Shown one piece after another: positions 27,182 to 35,101 of a DNA stretch of 36,915 nt. A program made the position numbers and the translations under genes. Origin of the DNA: Bacteroidota bacterium (GTDB taxonomy: Bacteria > Bacteroidota > Bacteroidia > Bacteroidales > VadinHA17); contig JAKAXP010000001.1 of the NCBI GenBank assembly GCA_021816545.1, positions 1-36,915 on the forward strand, in the 5' to 3' direction. A model generated the notes under the pieces. It made no database searches. It was not told the DNA's origin and saw nothing but the letters and a program-made list of their open reading frames with translations. The first letter of the stretch is position 1; each line of letters opens with the position of its first letter.

Positions 27182-27960
27182 AGATACTGAGAGTTGCAGC
27201 CGTCGTGACGGGCATCTTTATCCTTTCGCCTTCAGGCGCACAGGAGATAAAGACTGCAGGCTATAAACAGCCCGAACCGGAAATAGGTGTTGTAGAGCAC
27301 CTTGGCGACACCATTCCGCTTGACCTGTGGTTTTACAATGAAAACAGTGAGCAGGTTACCCTCAGGTCTCTTATTGACAGGCCGACGATAATGAGTTTCG
27401 TCTACTTTGACTGCCCCAACCTCTGCAGCCCGCTGATGGATGGCATTGCAGATGTGGTCAGCAAGATGGACATGACACTGGGGACCGACTTCAGGATCAT
27501 CACTATCAGTTTCAACACGAGTGATACGCCGGAGAAGGCCAGGGAGAAAAAACAGAATTTTGTACAGAGGATCAGCAAGGAGAACCAGAAAGACTGGATT
27601 TACCTGACTGGAACCCAGGAGAATATAAGTGCCATAACGGCGGCGGCAGGATATAAATACACGCCCCAGGGGCTTGACTTTGCGCATCCGTCGGTGATTA
27701 TGGTGGTAAGCCCTGCAGGGAAGATCACCCGGTACCTGTACGGACTCACCTATCTTCCCTTTGACGTCAAGATGGCAATAATTGAGGCCCAGAAGGGTAT
27801 TGCGAGGCCCACCTCGAACAAGATACTTGAATACTGTTTTGCATATAACCCGGCAAGCAAGACTTATACTCTCCAGGTTACAAGGATTGTAGGCATCATA
27901 ACAATCTTCTTCCTGGTTCTGATTATGATCGTACTGCTTGCCAGGAGAAGGAAAAAATAA
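27178..27960 (+). CDS. SCO1/SenC family copper chaperone (thioredoxin fold), with C-terminal TM anchor
   Basis: FVYFDCPNLCSPL CxxxC motif and downstream His (FAHPSVIM). ATGA start/stop overlap with DoxX. C-terminal IVGIITIFFLVLIMIVLLARRRKK. Confidence 0.8.
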   Translation: MKILRVAAVVTGIFILSPSGAQEIKTAGYKQPEPEIGVVEHLGDTIPLDLWFYNENSEQVTLRSLIDRPTIMSFVYFDCPNLCSPLMDGIADVVSKMDMTLGTDFRIITISFNTSDTPEKAREKKQNFVQRISKENQKDWIYLTGTQENISAITAAAGYKYTPQGLDFAHPSVIMVVSPAGKITRYLYGLTYLPFDVKMAIIEAQKGIARPTSNKILEYCFAYNPASKTYTLQVTRIVGIITIFFLVLIMIVLLARRRKK

Positions 27961-27964
27961 GAGG

Positions 27965-29590
27965 ATGACTATGGGAAACGACACACAGCCAAGTTACCTG
28001 GAATACCAGGGCAAGCACAAGGGGTTGGCAGGATGGCTGCTAAGCACCGATCACAAGCGGATAGGGCTCCTCTATCTCTATGCCATTATAGTATTTTTCT
28101 TCGTTGCGGCGTTCCTGGGTCTTCTCATGCGCATCGAGCTGATAGCGCCGGGAAAGACCATCATGGAACCCCAGACCTATAACGGGTTGTTCACAATTCA
28201 TGGGATCATCATGATCTTCGTGATAGTGATACCTGGTATGGCGGCAGTCTTCGGGAACTTCTTCCTGCCGATCATGATCGGTGCAAGGGATGTGGCTTTC
28301 CCGAAGCTGAATCTCTTCTCATGGTACCTGTATATCACGGGGGCTCTGCTCGGAGTGCTTTCACAGTTCATAGGCAACGGGCCGCCTGATACCGGGTGGA
28401 CTTTCTACGTGCCTTACAGCGTGGAGTCTGACACAAGCGTTATCTGGGCCCTTACGGCAGCTTTCATACTCGGATTTTCATCCATTCTGACCGGGCTTAA
28501 CTTCATAGTTACTATTCACAGGCTGAGGGCCCCGGGGATGAAATGGATGAGAATGCCACTTTTCCCATGGGCAATATATGCAACTGCTTGGACGCAGGTA
28601 CTGGCAACGCCAATTATCGGGATAACCCTGCTTATGGTGATTGCAGAGAGGGTCCTCAACATCGGCTTTTTTGACCCGGCGCTGGGTGGTGACCCGCTGC
28701 TGTACCAGCATCTGTTCTGGATTTACTCTCATCCGGCCGTTTACATTATGATACTGCCTGCTATGGGAGTTGTAACCGAGATTTTCCCCACATTCAGCCA
28801 GAAGCCGGTATTCGGTTATACTGCTATTATGATCTCCAGCCTTGCAATTGCACTTGTCGGCTATTTTGTCTGGGGGCATCATATGTTCACGGCCGGGATG
28901 AGCTATTACGCACGGTGGTTCTTTTCATTCCTCACCTTCATTGTGGCAATACCAAGCGCCATCAAGGTATTCAACTGGATATCCACCATGTACGGCGGAT
29001 CAATTGACCTCAAGCCGCCATTGCTGTACGCAATTGCATTCATTTTCCTGTTCATGATCGGTGGGTTCACCGGTCTGGTGCTGGGTTCACTTGCAACAAA
29101 CGTGCAGACACATGACACAGCGTTTGTGGTGGCTCATTTCCATTATATAATCTTCGGGGGGATGGGATTTGCGTTCTTTGCAGGGATTCACTACTGGTAC
29201 CCGAAGATGTTTGGAAAGATGTACAATAACCGGGTGGCAAACATTGCCTGGGGATTCAATTTCATCGGGTTCAACTTGCTTTACTTCCCCCATTTCATCC
29301 TGGGAATACAGGGAATGCCAAGACGGTCATATGATTACCTGCCGCAGTTCCATACGGGGCACTTCATTTCGACGATAGGGGCATTCATACTTATTGCCGG
29401 TATGTTGTTAATGCTGTTCAATTTCATCAGGGCAGGCAGGCGGGGCATCAAGGCTCCGGCCAACCCATGGCACGGTGTGACCCTTGAGTGGAAGATACCC
29501 TCTCCCCCGCCCCATGAAAACTTTGAGGAGATTCCTGAAATAACCTCCAAACCGTATTTCTTCGGAAGCAGCGATAAAACCAAACAGTAG
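27965..29590 (+). CDS. ctaD: Cytochrome c oxidase subunit I, A2-type haem-copper oxidase
   Basis: Canonical HCO blocks (GNFFLPIMIGARDVAFPKLN, HFHYIIFGG, GMPRR). Helix VI reads WIYSHPAVY. Start taken at the Met 4 nt after the SCO stop. The track's 27938 start would overlap SCO by 23 nt. Confidence 0.9.
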   Translation: MTMGNDTQPSYLEYQGKHKGLAGWLLSTDHKRIGLLYLYAIIVFFFVAAFLGLLMRIELIAPGKTIMEPQTYNGLFTIHGIIMIFVIVIPGMAAVFGNFFLPIMIGARDVAFPKLNLFSWYLYITGALLGVLSQFIGNGPPDTGWTFYVPYSVESDTSVIWALTAAFILGFSSILTGLNFIVTIHRLRAPGMKWMRMPLFPWAIYATAWTQVLATPIIGITLLMVIAERVLNIGFFDPALGGDPLLYQHLFWIYSHPAVYIMILPAMGVVTEIFPTFSQKPVFGYTAIMISSLAIALVGYFVWGHHMFTAGMSYYARWFFSFLTFIVAIPSAIKVFNWISTMYGGSIDLKPPLLYAIAFIFLFMIGGFTGLVLGSLATNVQTHDTAFVVAHFHYIIFGGMGFAFFAGIHYWYPKMFGKMYNNRVANIAWGFNFIGFNLLYFPHFILGIQGMPRRSYDYLPQFHTGHFISTIGAFILIAGMLLMLFNFIRAGRRGIKAPANPWHGVTLEWKIPSPPPHENFEEIPEITSKPYFFGSSDKTKQ

Positions 29591-29597
29591 CCGTTCC

Positions 29598-30212
29598 ATG
29601 ACAGAAAATCACACTCACACAGAACATATTGACAGCGAGACTGGTAAGCTGGGGATGTGGATATTCCTCTTCACCGAGCTGTTCCTGTTCGGGGGGCTAT
29701 TCCTGGTCTATGCTATCTTCAGGGCAAAGTATTCGGCTGATTTCCATCACGGTGCGGCGGAACTGAATGCCTTCATCGGGGCAATAAACACAGTCTTCCT
29801 GCTGATAAGCAGTATGACTGTTGCCGGGGCACTGACGGCAATGCAGAAGGGCGACAGACGGATGACCATGCTTCTGCTTACAGTGACACTCATGCTGGCT
29901 GCGCTGTTCCTCCTAAACAAGTATTTCGAGTGGTCTCACAAATTTGAATATCACATCTGGCCGGGTTCACCTGTACTTAAGAATATGCCTCAGGGAGAGT
30001 TGCTCTTCTTCGGTCTTTACTACATGATGACAGGTCTGCATGCATTGCACGTGATTGTAGGTATGGTGCTGCTGTCAATCAATCTGGTGAAAGTAAAGGC
30101 GGGTACGGTTAACGCCGGGAGGTACGTGATACTGGAGAACAGCGCCCTTTACTGGCATCTTGTTGACCTGATCTGGATATTCCTTTTCCCGCTTCTGTAC
30201 CTTATAACATAA
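29598..30212 (+). CDS. ctaE: Cytochrome c oxidase subunit III
   Basis: FFGLYYMMTGLHALHVIVG and YWHLVDLIWIFLFPLLYL are subunit III hallmarks. Confidence 0.85.
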   Translation: MTENHTHTEHIDSETGKLGMWIFLFTELFLFGGLFLVYAIFRAKYSADFHHGAAELNAFIGAINTVFLLISSMTVAGALTAMQKGDRRMTMLLLTVTLMLAALFLLNKYFEWSHKFEYHIWPGSPVLKNMPQGELLFFGLYYMMTGLHALHVIVGMVLLSINLVKVKAGTVNAGRYVILENSALYWHLVDLIWIFLFPLLYLIT

Positions 30213-30219
30213 CCGACTG

Positions 30220-30504
30220 ATGAAAGACGAAAAGCAACATATATCATCATATGCGTCACTTACAGTGGTGCTTGTGATACTTCTTACCCTGACAACAATT
30301 TCAGTGCTTGTCACGGGGATTCATCTGGGTCCGGTTACGGTTGCAGTTGCACTGGTCATTGCCAGTGTCAAGGTAGCAATAGTCATAACCCAGTTCATGC
30401 ATCTCAGGTTCGAAAACCTGTTCCTGAAGCTGGCAGTCTCGGGGGTGTTCACACTCTTCGCGCTTGTCATCCTGATAACATTCATAGATTACTTTTTCAG
30501 ATAA
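30220..30504 (+). CDS. Cytochrome c oxidase subunit IV (prokaryotic small subunit family)
   Basis: 94-aa, 3-helix protein with AIVITQFMHLRFEN (CyoD/CtaF-like FMHL motif), placed right after subunit III. Confidence 0.6.
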   Translation: MKDEKQHISSYASLTVVLVILLTLTTISVLVTGIHLGPVTVAVALVIASVKVAIVITQFMHLRFENLFLKLAVSGVFTLFALVILITFIDYFFR

Positions 30505-30516
30505 ACATTTGAAATT

Positions 30517-31464
30517 ATGTTCACAGGTGCATCAAATCTTGCAGAGGGAGTAGACAAGGCGTTCCTGTTCATCTTCATAATCGCCTTCATCTTTATAATC
30601 GGTATCACTGTATTTATGATCTGGACAGTGATACATTTTTCAAGGAAGAAGGGAAAGGAGGCGAAGCAGTTCAGAGGCAGCATGAAGCTGGAGGTGCTGT
30701 GGACTGGCATACCGCTTATCCTTGTAATGCTGATGTTCTGGATCGGATGGAAGGGTTTTGCCCCGATGCGCAAGGTTCCTGCCGATGCGATGGTTGTAAA
30801 GGCCATTGGGAGGATGTGGGAATGGGAGTTCGTGTACAGCGACAGCCTCCGTTCGAAAGAACTGGTGTTGCCTATCAATAAACCGGTTAAGCTTGACCTG
30901 GTTGCGGAGGATGTGAATCACAGCCTCTTCATTCCGGCGTTCAGGGTAAAGGAGGATGTCGTACCCGGGTATGACAACTGGTTATGGTTCACGCCAAACT
31001 ACATAGGCAACTACGAGATACTGTGCACTGAATACTGCGGATTGCTCCACTCAGCCATGGTGTCACAGACGCGAATCGTGGAGCAGGATGAGTATGACAA
31101 ATGGTTCGAGGAGCTTAAGGCTGCATCGTTTGTGCCGGAGCCCGATGGGCTGAAGCTGCTCAGGAGCACAGGCTGCCTGGCATGTCATTCGCTTGACGGA
31201 TCGAAGCTGGTAGGTCCTTCGTTTGCGGGCTTCTACGGGTCGCAGCGGACGGTGACTGCCGGCGGGGCACAGAAAACGGTGACTGCTGATGATGCCTACA
31301 TTAAAAGGTCAATCTATGAACCCAACGAGGAGGTTGTCGAGGGTTACGCGAGGAACCTGATGCAGTCTTACCGGACTCTGCTCACAGAGGAGCAGATAGG
31401 GATCATAACCGAATATCTGAAGACGCTGGTGAAGAATGAAGGAACGCAGGGGGCCGGTCTCTGA
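30517..31464 (+). CDS. ctaC: Cytochrome c oxidase subunit II with fused C-terminal cytochrome c domain (caa3 type)
   Basis: Two N-terminal TM helices. CuA site H135...C170-TEY-C-GLL-H-SA-M (31024-31059). C-terminal CLACH haem c site (31174-31188). Confidence 0.9.
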   Translation: MFTGASNLAEGVDKAFLFIFIIAFIFIIGITVFMIWTVIHFSRKKGKEAKQFRGSMKLEVLWTGIPLILVMLMFWIGWKGFAPMRKVPADAMVVKAIGRMWEWEFVYSDSLRSKELVLPINKPVKLDLVAEDVNHSLFIPAFRVKEDVVPGYDNWLWFTPNYIGNYEILCTEYCGLLHSAMVSQTRIVEQDEYDKWFEELKAASFVPEPDGLKLLRSTGCLACHSLDGSKLVGPSFAGFYGSQRTVTAGGAQKTVTADDAYIKRSIYEPNEEVVEGYARNLMQSYRTLLTEEQIGIITEYLKTLVKNEGTQGAGL

Positions 31465-32344
31465 CATTGCGGAGCTCTCCCGGTGGAAGCTTTCGCTGGC
31501 GGTTGCTTTCTCAGCAGTGACGGGGTACCTGCTGTATGCCGGCAGTGGCAGGGGGAGTGCCTTGCTTCCTGGCTATCATCTTTACGATTCTGCCGTGACG
31601 GTTGGCGTTTTGCTGGCGGGTGCGGGCGTATTCCTTCTCTCTGCCGGTGCATCGGCGCTGAACCAGTACACGGAGAGGAGGAGTGACGCGGTTATGGAGC
31701 GCACTGCCGGCAGGCCGTTGCCTTCGGGGCGTATGGCGCCGCCGGCCGCCATGGTGACGGCGGTGATCATGCTGGCCGCAGGGATTGTTGTTCTGGCCCG
31801 CGGCGGCACGTGGCCGGTGTTGCTAGGTGCCTTCAATGTCATCCTCTACAACCTCATCTACACCGGCCTCAAGAAGAAGACCACACTTGCAATCATACCC
31901 GGTGCCCTCGTAGGGGCCGTGCCGCCGCTGATAGGCTATACCGCGGCCGGCGGCGCCATGACCGACACCCGCCTCCTGCTGTTCGCACTGTTCATGTTCC
32001 TCTGGCAGATGCCCCACTTCTGGCTCCTGCTTGTAAGGTACGGCGAGGAATATGAAAAGGCAGGCATCAAAACGCTTCGTCAGCGGATGGATGACAGATC
32101 AATAAGGCGCCTGATAATGGCCTGGATCACCGGATCATCCCTCCTTCTCTGGATACTGACCGCCATATTAATGCCCTTCAGCAGCATAGCAGCACTGACC
32201 CTGCTACTCCTGAATGCAGTCTTCATAATCGCTTTTTCAGTAATCACCAGGGCGGACTTTGCCGGCACACGGTCAAAGTATGCTTTTGTAGCCTTCAACT
32301 CCTTTACGGCCCTGGTAATGATAATACTGATTGCATTTGCCTGA
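31436..32344 (+). CDS. cyoE: Protohaem IX farnesyltransferase (haem o synthase)
   Basis: UbiA-superfamily polytopic protein with SAGASALNQYTERRSD (NxxxD-type prenyl-diphosphate motif). Overlaps the ctaC end by 29 nt. Confidence 0.85.
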   Translation: MKERRGPVSDIAELSRWKLSLAVAFSAVTGYLLYAGSGRGSALLPGYHLYDSAVTVGVLLAGAGVFLLSAGASALNQYTERRSDAVMERTAGRPLPSGRMAPPAAMVTAVIMLAAGIVVLARGGTWPVLLGAFNVILYNLIYTGLKKKTTLAIIPGALVGAVPPLIGYTAAGGAMTDTRLLLFALFMFLWQMPHFWLLLVRYGEEYEKAGIKTLRQRMDDRSIRRLIMAWITGSSLLLWILTAILMPFSSIAALTLLLLNAVFIIAFSVITRADFAGTRSKYAFVAFNSFTALVMIILIAFA

Positions 32345-32625
32345 CCCCAGGACTGTCATCAGTTGGATACTTAGTGCATTCCTTTGCACCTCGGGCCGGC
32401 AATTATCAGATAATAATTACATTCCCATGCCCCCGGGGCAGGAAGCTGTCCTATACAGATTGCATTTGCCTGACCCCAGGACTGTCATCAGTTGGATACT
32501 TAGTGCATTCCTTTGCACCTCGGGCCGGCAATTATCAGATAATAATTACATTCCCATGCCACGGGGCAGGAAGCTGTCCTATACAGATTGCATTCCCCTG
32601 CCCCCGGGCTGGAAGCCTTAAGAAA
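32332..32625. repeat. Tandem array with 43-bp periodicity (7 units) organised as two near-identical 129/128-bp higher-order units plus a degenerate partial unit
   Basis: 32332-32460 and 32461-32588 differ only at catgcccccgggg versus catgccacgggg. Subunits beginning TGCATT/TACATT start at 32332, 32375, 32418, 32461, 32504, 32547 and about 32589. The first unit includes the last 13 nt of cyoE. Confidence 0.9.
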
Positions 32626-32659
32626 ATACGAAATCCTTCAACAAATCAGGAGAGCGACT

Positions 32660-33688
32660 CTACATCTGCCGGTAATATACTGACATTGCAAGATGATCAA
32701 TGATCCGCCTAGCGAAATACATCTCTCTCATCGGGCCCGACAGCTCTTTCAGTATCTCAAGCGAAGGTCCCATAAGTTCACTAAGCTTTGCTGTGGTGCC
32801 ATCATCATATGTCAATTCCAGATCCCTGTGACGGCAGACTGATCCCTCTTCAGCATCCTCGTCAGTAATAACAGCTGCCGCATTTTTCTGAAGTACCCCG
32901 TCAAGGTAAACCTCGATTGAGTCAACACCTGACATTCTTACTATCTGAACATCCCCGATTGTGAGGACATATTTCCGCTCCACGGTTCTGAAACCACTGT
33001 GGACAAAGTAGTTTTCCTCTCCCATGAGCAGATCATCCCCGTCCATCAGAGCCATGGAAGAAACGGAGGTATCACCCCTGGTGAAAGCCACCCCGAGGCT
33101 GTATTCATCGGTGAAACTGTACCTGGAGCTGTAGCTCTTCCCTGCAAAGGATTCACCCGTTGAAGCCACTTCCAGCCTCCCTATGTCTTCTCCCTTAAGT
33201 GTGAATCCGGCATCAAGCAGGTAATCAAACCTGTTCAGGAATGAATAATAATAATGATACTTCGATGCAGTGACTGTAAAATCATTCTCCGCTGCGGTCT
33301 CCTCCGGATCCGGGTAGAACAGATACCTGGGATGGACAACAAGCTTTTGCGGCATATTCATTATGAGCTTGTCGCTTTCATCGGTCTTTTTGAACTTCCA
33401 CACCGGCAGTGAGAAATGCCGGCATTCATAAGTTTCGCGGGTAAAATCATATACTCCCGCTATCTGCTCAAGGTCTATGCTGTCACTGTAACCGTCACCT
33501 GATTTGGTCATATCGTTTACAGTCATCAGTTCGTACCCTTTTGTTTCAGAGATCACGCTGACAGCCTTGTTGATCCTGTCAATCCCTTCATCAAGTGAAC
33601 TCTTGAGTGAGACATCCGGTTCGGTACCGGAACATTGCCACATCAGCAATCCGGTCAGCAGTGCAACAGATAACACGTCCCTTTTCAT
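32660..33688 (-). CDS. Hypothetical lipoprotein, no recognisable domain
   Basis: Long ORF. The best start is Met14 of the track ORF (MKRDVLSVALLTGLLMWQCSG, signal plus Cys). Acidic, beta-rich sequence with no motif I recognise. Confidence 0.55.
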   Translation of the reverse strand: MKRDVLSVALLTGLLMWQCSGTEPDVSLKSSLDEGIDRINKAVSVISETKGYELMTVNDMTKSGDGYSDSIDLEQIAGVYDFTRETYECRHFSLPVWKFKKTDESDKLIMNMPQKLVVHPRYLFYPDPEETAAENDFTVTASKYHYYYSFLNRFDYLLDAGFTLKGEDIGRLEVASTGESFAGKSYSSRYSFTDEYSLGVAFTRGDTSVSSMALMDGDDLLMGEENYFVHSGFRTVERKYVLTIGDVQIVRMSGVDSIEVYLDGVLQKNAAAVITDEDAEEGSVCRHRDLELTYDDGTTAKLSELMGPSLEILKELSGPMREMYFARRIIDHLAMSVYYRQM

Positions 33689-33856
33689 ATACCCCTTGTT
33701 TTTAGTTTTTACCGGAAAACGACCCAAAATTTATGAAATTTTTCATGAAGATCTGATGAAAATCGGGTTAAATCCTTAATCCCGATGCAAAAAAGAAAAA
33801 TTCATACATTTGAGTTCCGCACAGGCGGAAATTAATATTCTCTAAACCATTAAGAA

Positions 33857-34747
33857 ATGAAGTTACTTCTCGTTGTAATGATCTCCATGATTCTTGCGCT
33901 TCAGTCGGGGAGTCTTTTTTCACAGGATGACCTGGCAATCAGTCCTTCATCGCAGCCGGGGATTGCGGCCGGTGTCACAGCCGGTCCTGCATCAGGATCG
34001 CTGGTAATAGCAGGCGGCGGAAGGTTGTCAGATACCATAATTAAGAGGTTTATTGATCTTGCCGGGGGTCCGGAAGCCAGAATAGTGCTGGTTCCCACTG
34101 CAGAGGGATCTGGCACTTATCCTGAAAGTGCTGCTGAATTCCTGAAATCGCGGGGGGCAAAAAATGTAACCATAATACATACCGGCAGCAGGGATACAGC
34201 GAACAGTGAAGTCTTCACGAAGCCCCTGGAGAACGCAACCGGCGTATGGTTCGGCGGCGGACGGCAATGGCGCCTTGTTGACTCCTACGGTGGCACGAGA
34301 ACAGAAGATATGATGCGTCGGGTGCTGGACCGTGGCGGTGTCATCGGCGGATCTTCTGCCGGTGCAACAATCCAGGGCTCTTTCCTTGTCAGGGGAGACA
34401 CAAAGAATAACCAGATCATGATGGGCGACCACCAGGAAGGATTCGGATATATCAGCAACATAGCGATTGACCAGCATGTGCTTGCCAGGAACAGGCAGTT
34501 TGACATGTTTGAAGTTCTGAGGGCCCATCCCGGTCTTCTCGGCATCAGCATCGACGAAAATACCGCAGCAATTGTCATGGGTGATACCCTGGAAGTTCTC
34601 GGAGCCTCATACATCCTGGTCTACGACGGGAATTTCTGGTCGCGCGAGGGAACCGAACTGAAGAAGGTTCCGGGAGAGGATTCACGCTTTTTTATGATCC
34701 GCCAGGGTGACAGGTATGATATCCGGCAGAGGAAAGTGATTGAGTGA
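33857..34747 (+). CDS. Cyanophycinase-like peptidase (family S51), secreted
   Basis: Signal peptide. VIAGGG...IVLVPTA, GGGRQWRL (GGNQ-like), the GGSSAGATIQG nucleophile motif and IDQHVLARNR block match the cyanophycinase layout. Confidence 0.75.
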   Translation: MKLLLVVMISMILALQSGSLFSQDDLAISPSSQPGIAAGVTAGPASGSLVIAGGGRLSDTIIKRFIDLAGGPEARIVLVPTAEGSGTYPESAAEFLKSRGAKNVTIIHTGSRDTANSEVFTKPLENATGVWFGGGRQWRLVDSYGGTRTEDMMRRVLDRGGVIGGSSAGATIQGSFLVRGDTKNNQIMMGDHQEGFGYISNIAIDQHVLARNRQFDMFEVLRAHPGLLGISIDENTAAIVMGDTLEVLGASYILVYDGNFWSREGTELKKVPGEDSRFFMIRQGDRYDIRQRKVIE

Positions 34748-34837
34748 GATTCCTGTTTATTCCGTTCTGACAATGGGTAATTCAGCAATCGCTGAGCCGA
34801 GGTCACTTTCCGGATCCGTTGCGAAATAAGCCAGTGG

Positions 34838-34955
34838 CCGCCGGGCAATCGGCGGGCAGCCGGGCAATCGCCGGCCAGCCGGGTAATCGCCGGGTAATCG
34901 CCGGGCAGCCGGGTAATCGCCAGGCAACCGGGTAATCGCCAGGCAGTCGGGTGAC
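34838..34955. repeat. Minisatellite, about 6 units of 19 bp (CCGGGYAATCG + CCRGSCAR)
   Basis: CCGGG(C/T)AATCG starts at 34841, 34860, 34879, 34890, 34909 and 34928 (spacings 19, 19, 11, 19, 19). A degenerate tail follows at 34947. Confidence 0.85.
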
Positions 34956-35101
34956 AGGTTAAGAAGGCCTCTGGTTATATGTGCAATAAAAGCCGGCAAT
35001 GTTACAGACCCGGTTTTTGATACACCCAGACCGGATGTACAACAGGATGCCTTTTTCGGGCAATTGTGCTAACTTTATTCTCTCAACAAACTGATTTTTC
35101 C

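Noticed and set aside
27938-27964. Upstream ATG start for ctaD overlapping SCO by 23 nt
   Set aside because: It is possible but adds only MPGEGKNKR. The Met at 27965 lies 4 nt after the SCO stop and is preferred. This is not decidable from sequence alone.
27232-27984. 250-aa minus-strand ORF covering the SCO gene
   Set aside because: It is antisense to a gene with clear SCO motifs (CPNLC, thioredoxin fold). The translated sequence is Arg/Cys/His-rich with no domain. It is a typical shadow ORF.
32331-32703. ORFs 32331-32621 (+) and 32374-32703 (+)
   Set aside because: They lie entirely within the 129-bp duplicated units, and the proteins are literal duplications of the repeat. There is no start context or domain.
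34757-34999. ORF 34757-34999 (-), 80 aa
   Set aside because: This is a translation of the 19-bp minisatellite (LPGDYPA(A/G)RR repeated). It is a repeat artefact.
35066-35101. GTG-initiated 12-codon extension of the serine hydrolase gene
   Set aside because: The ATG at 35102 yields a standard signal peptide (MKKILLISLVLFSC…). The GTG extension adds nothing recognisable.
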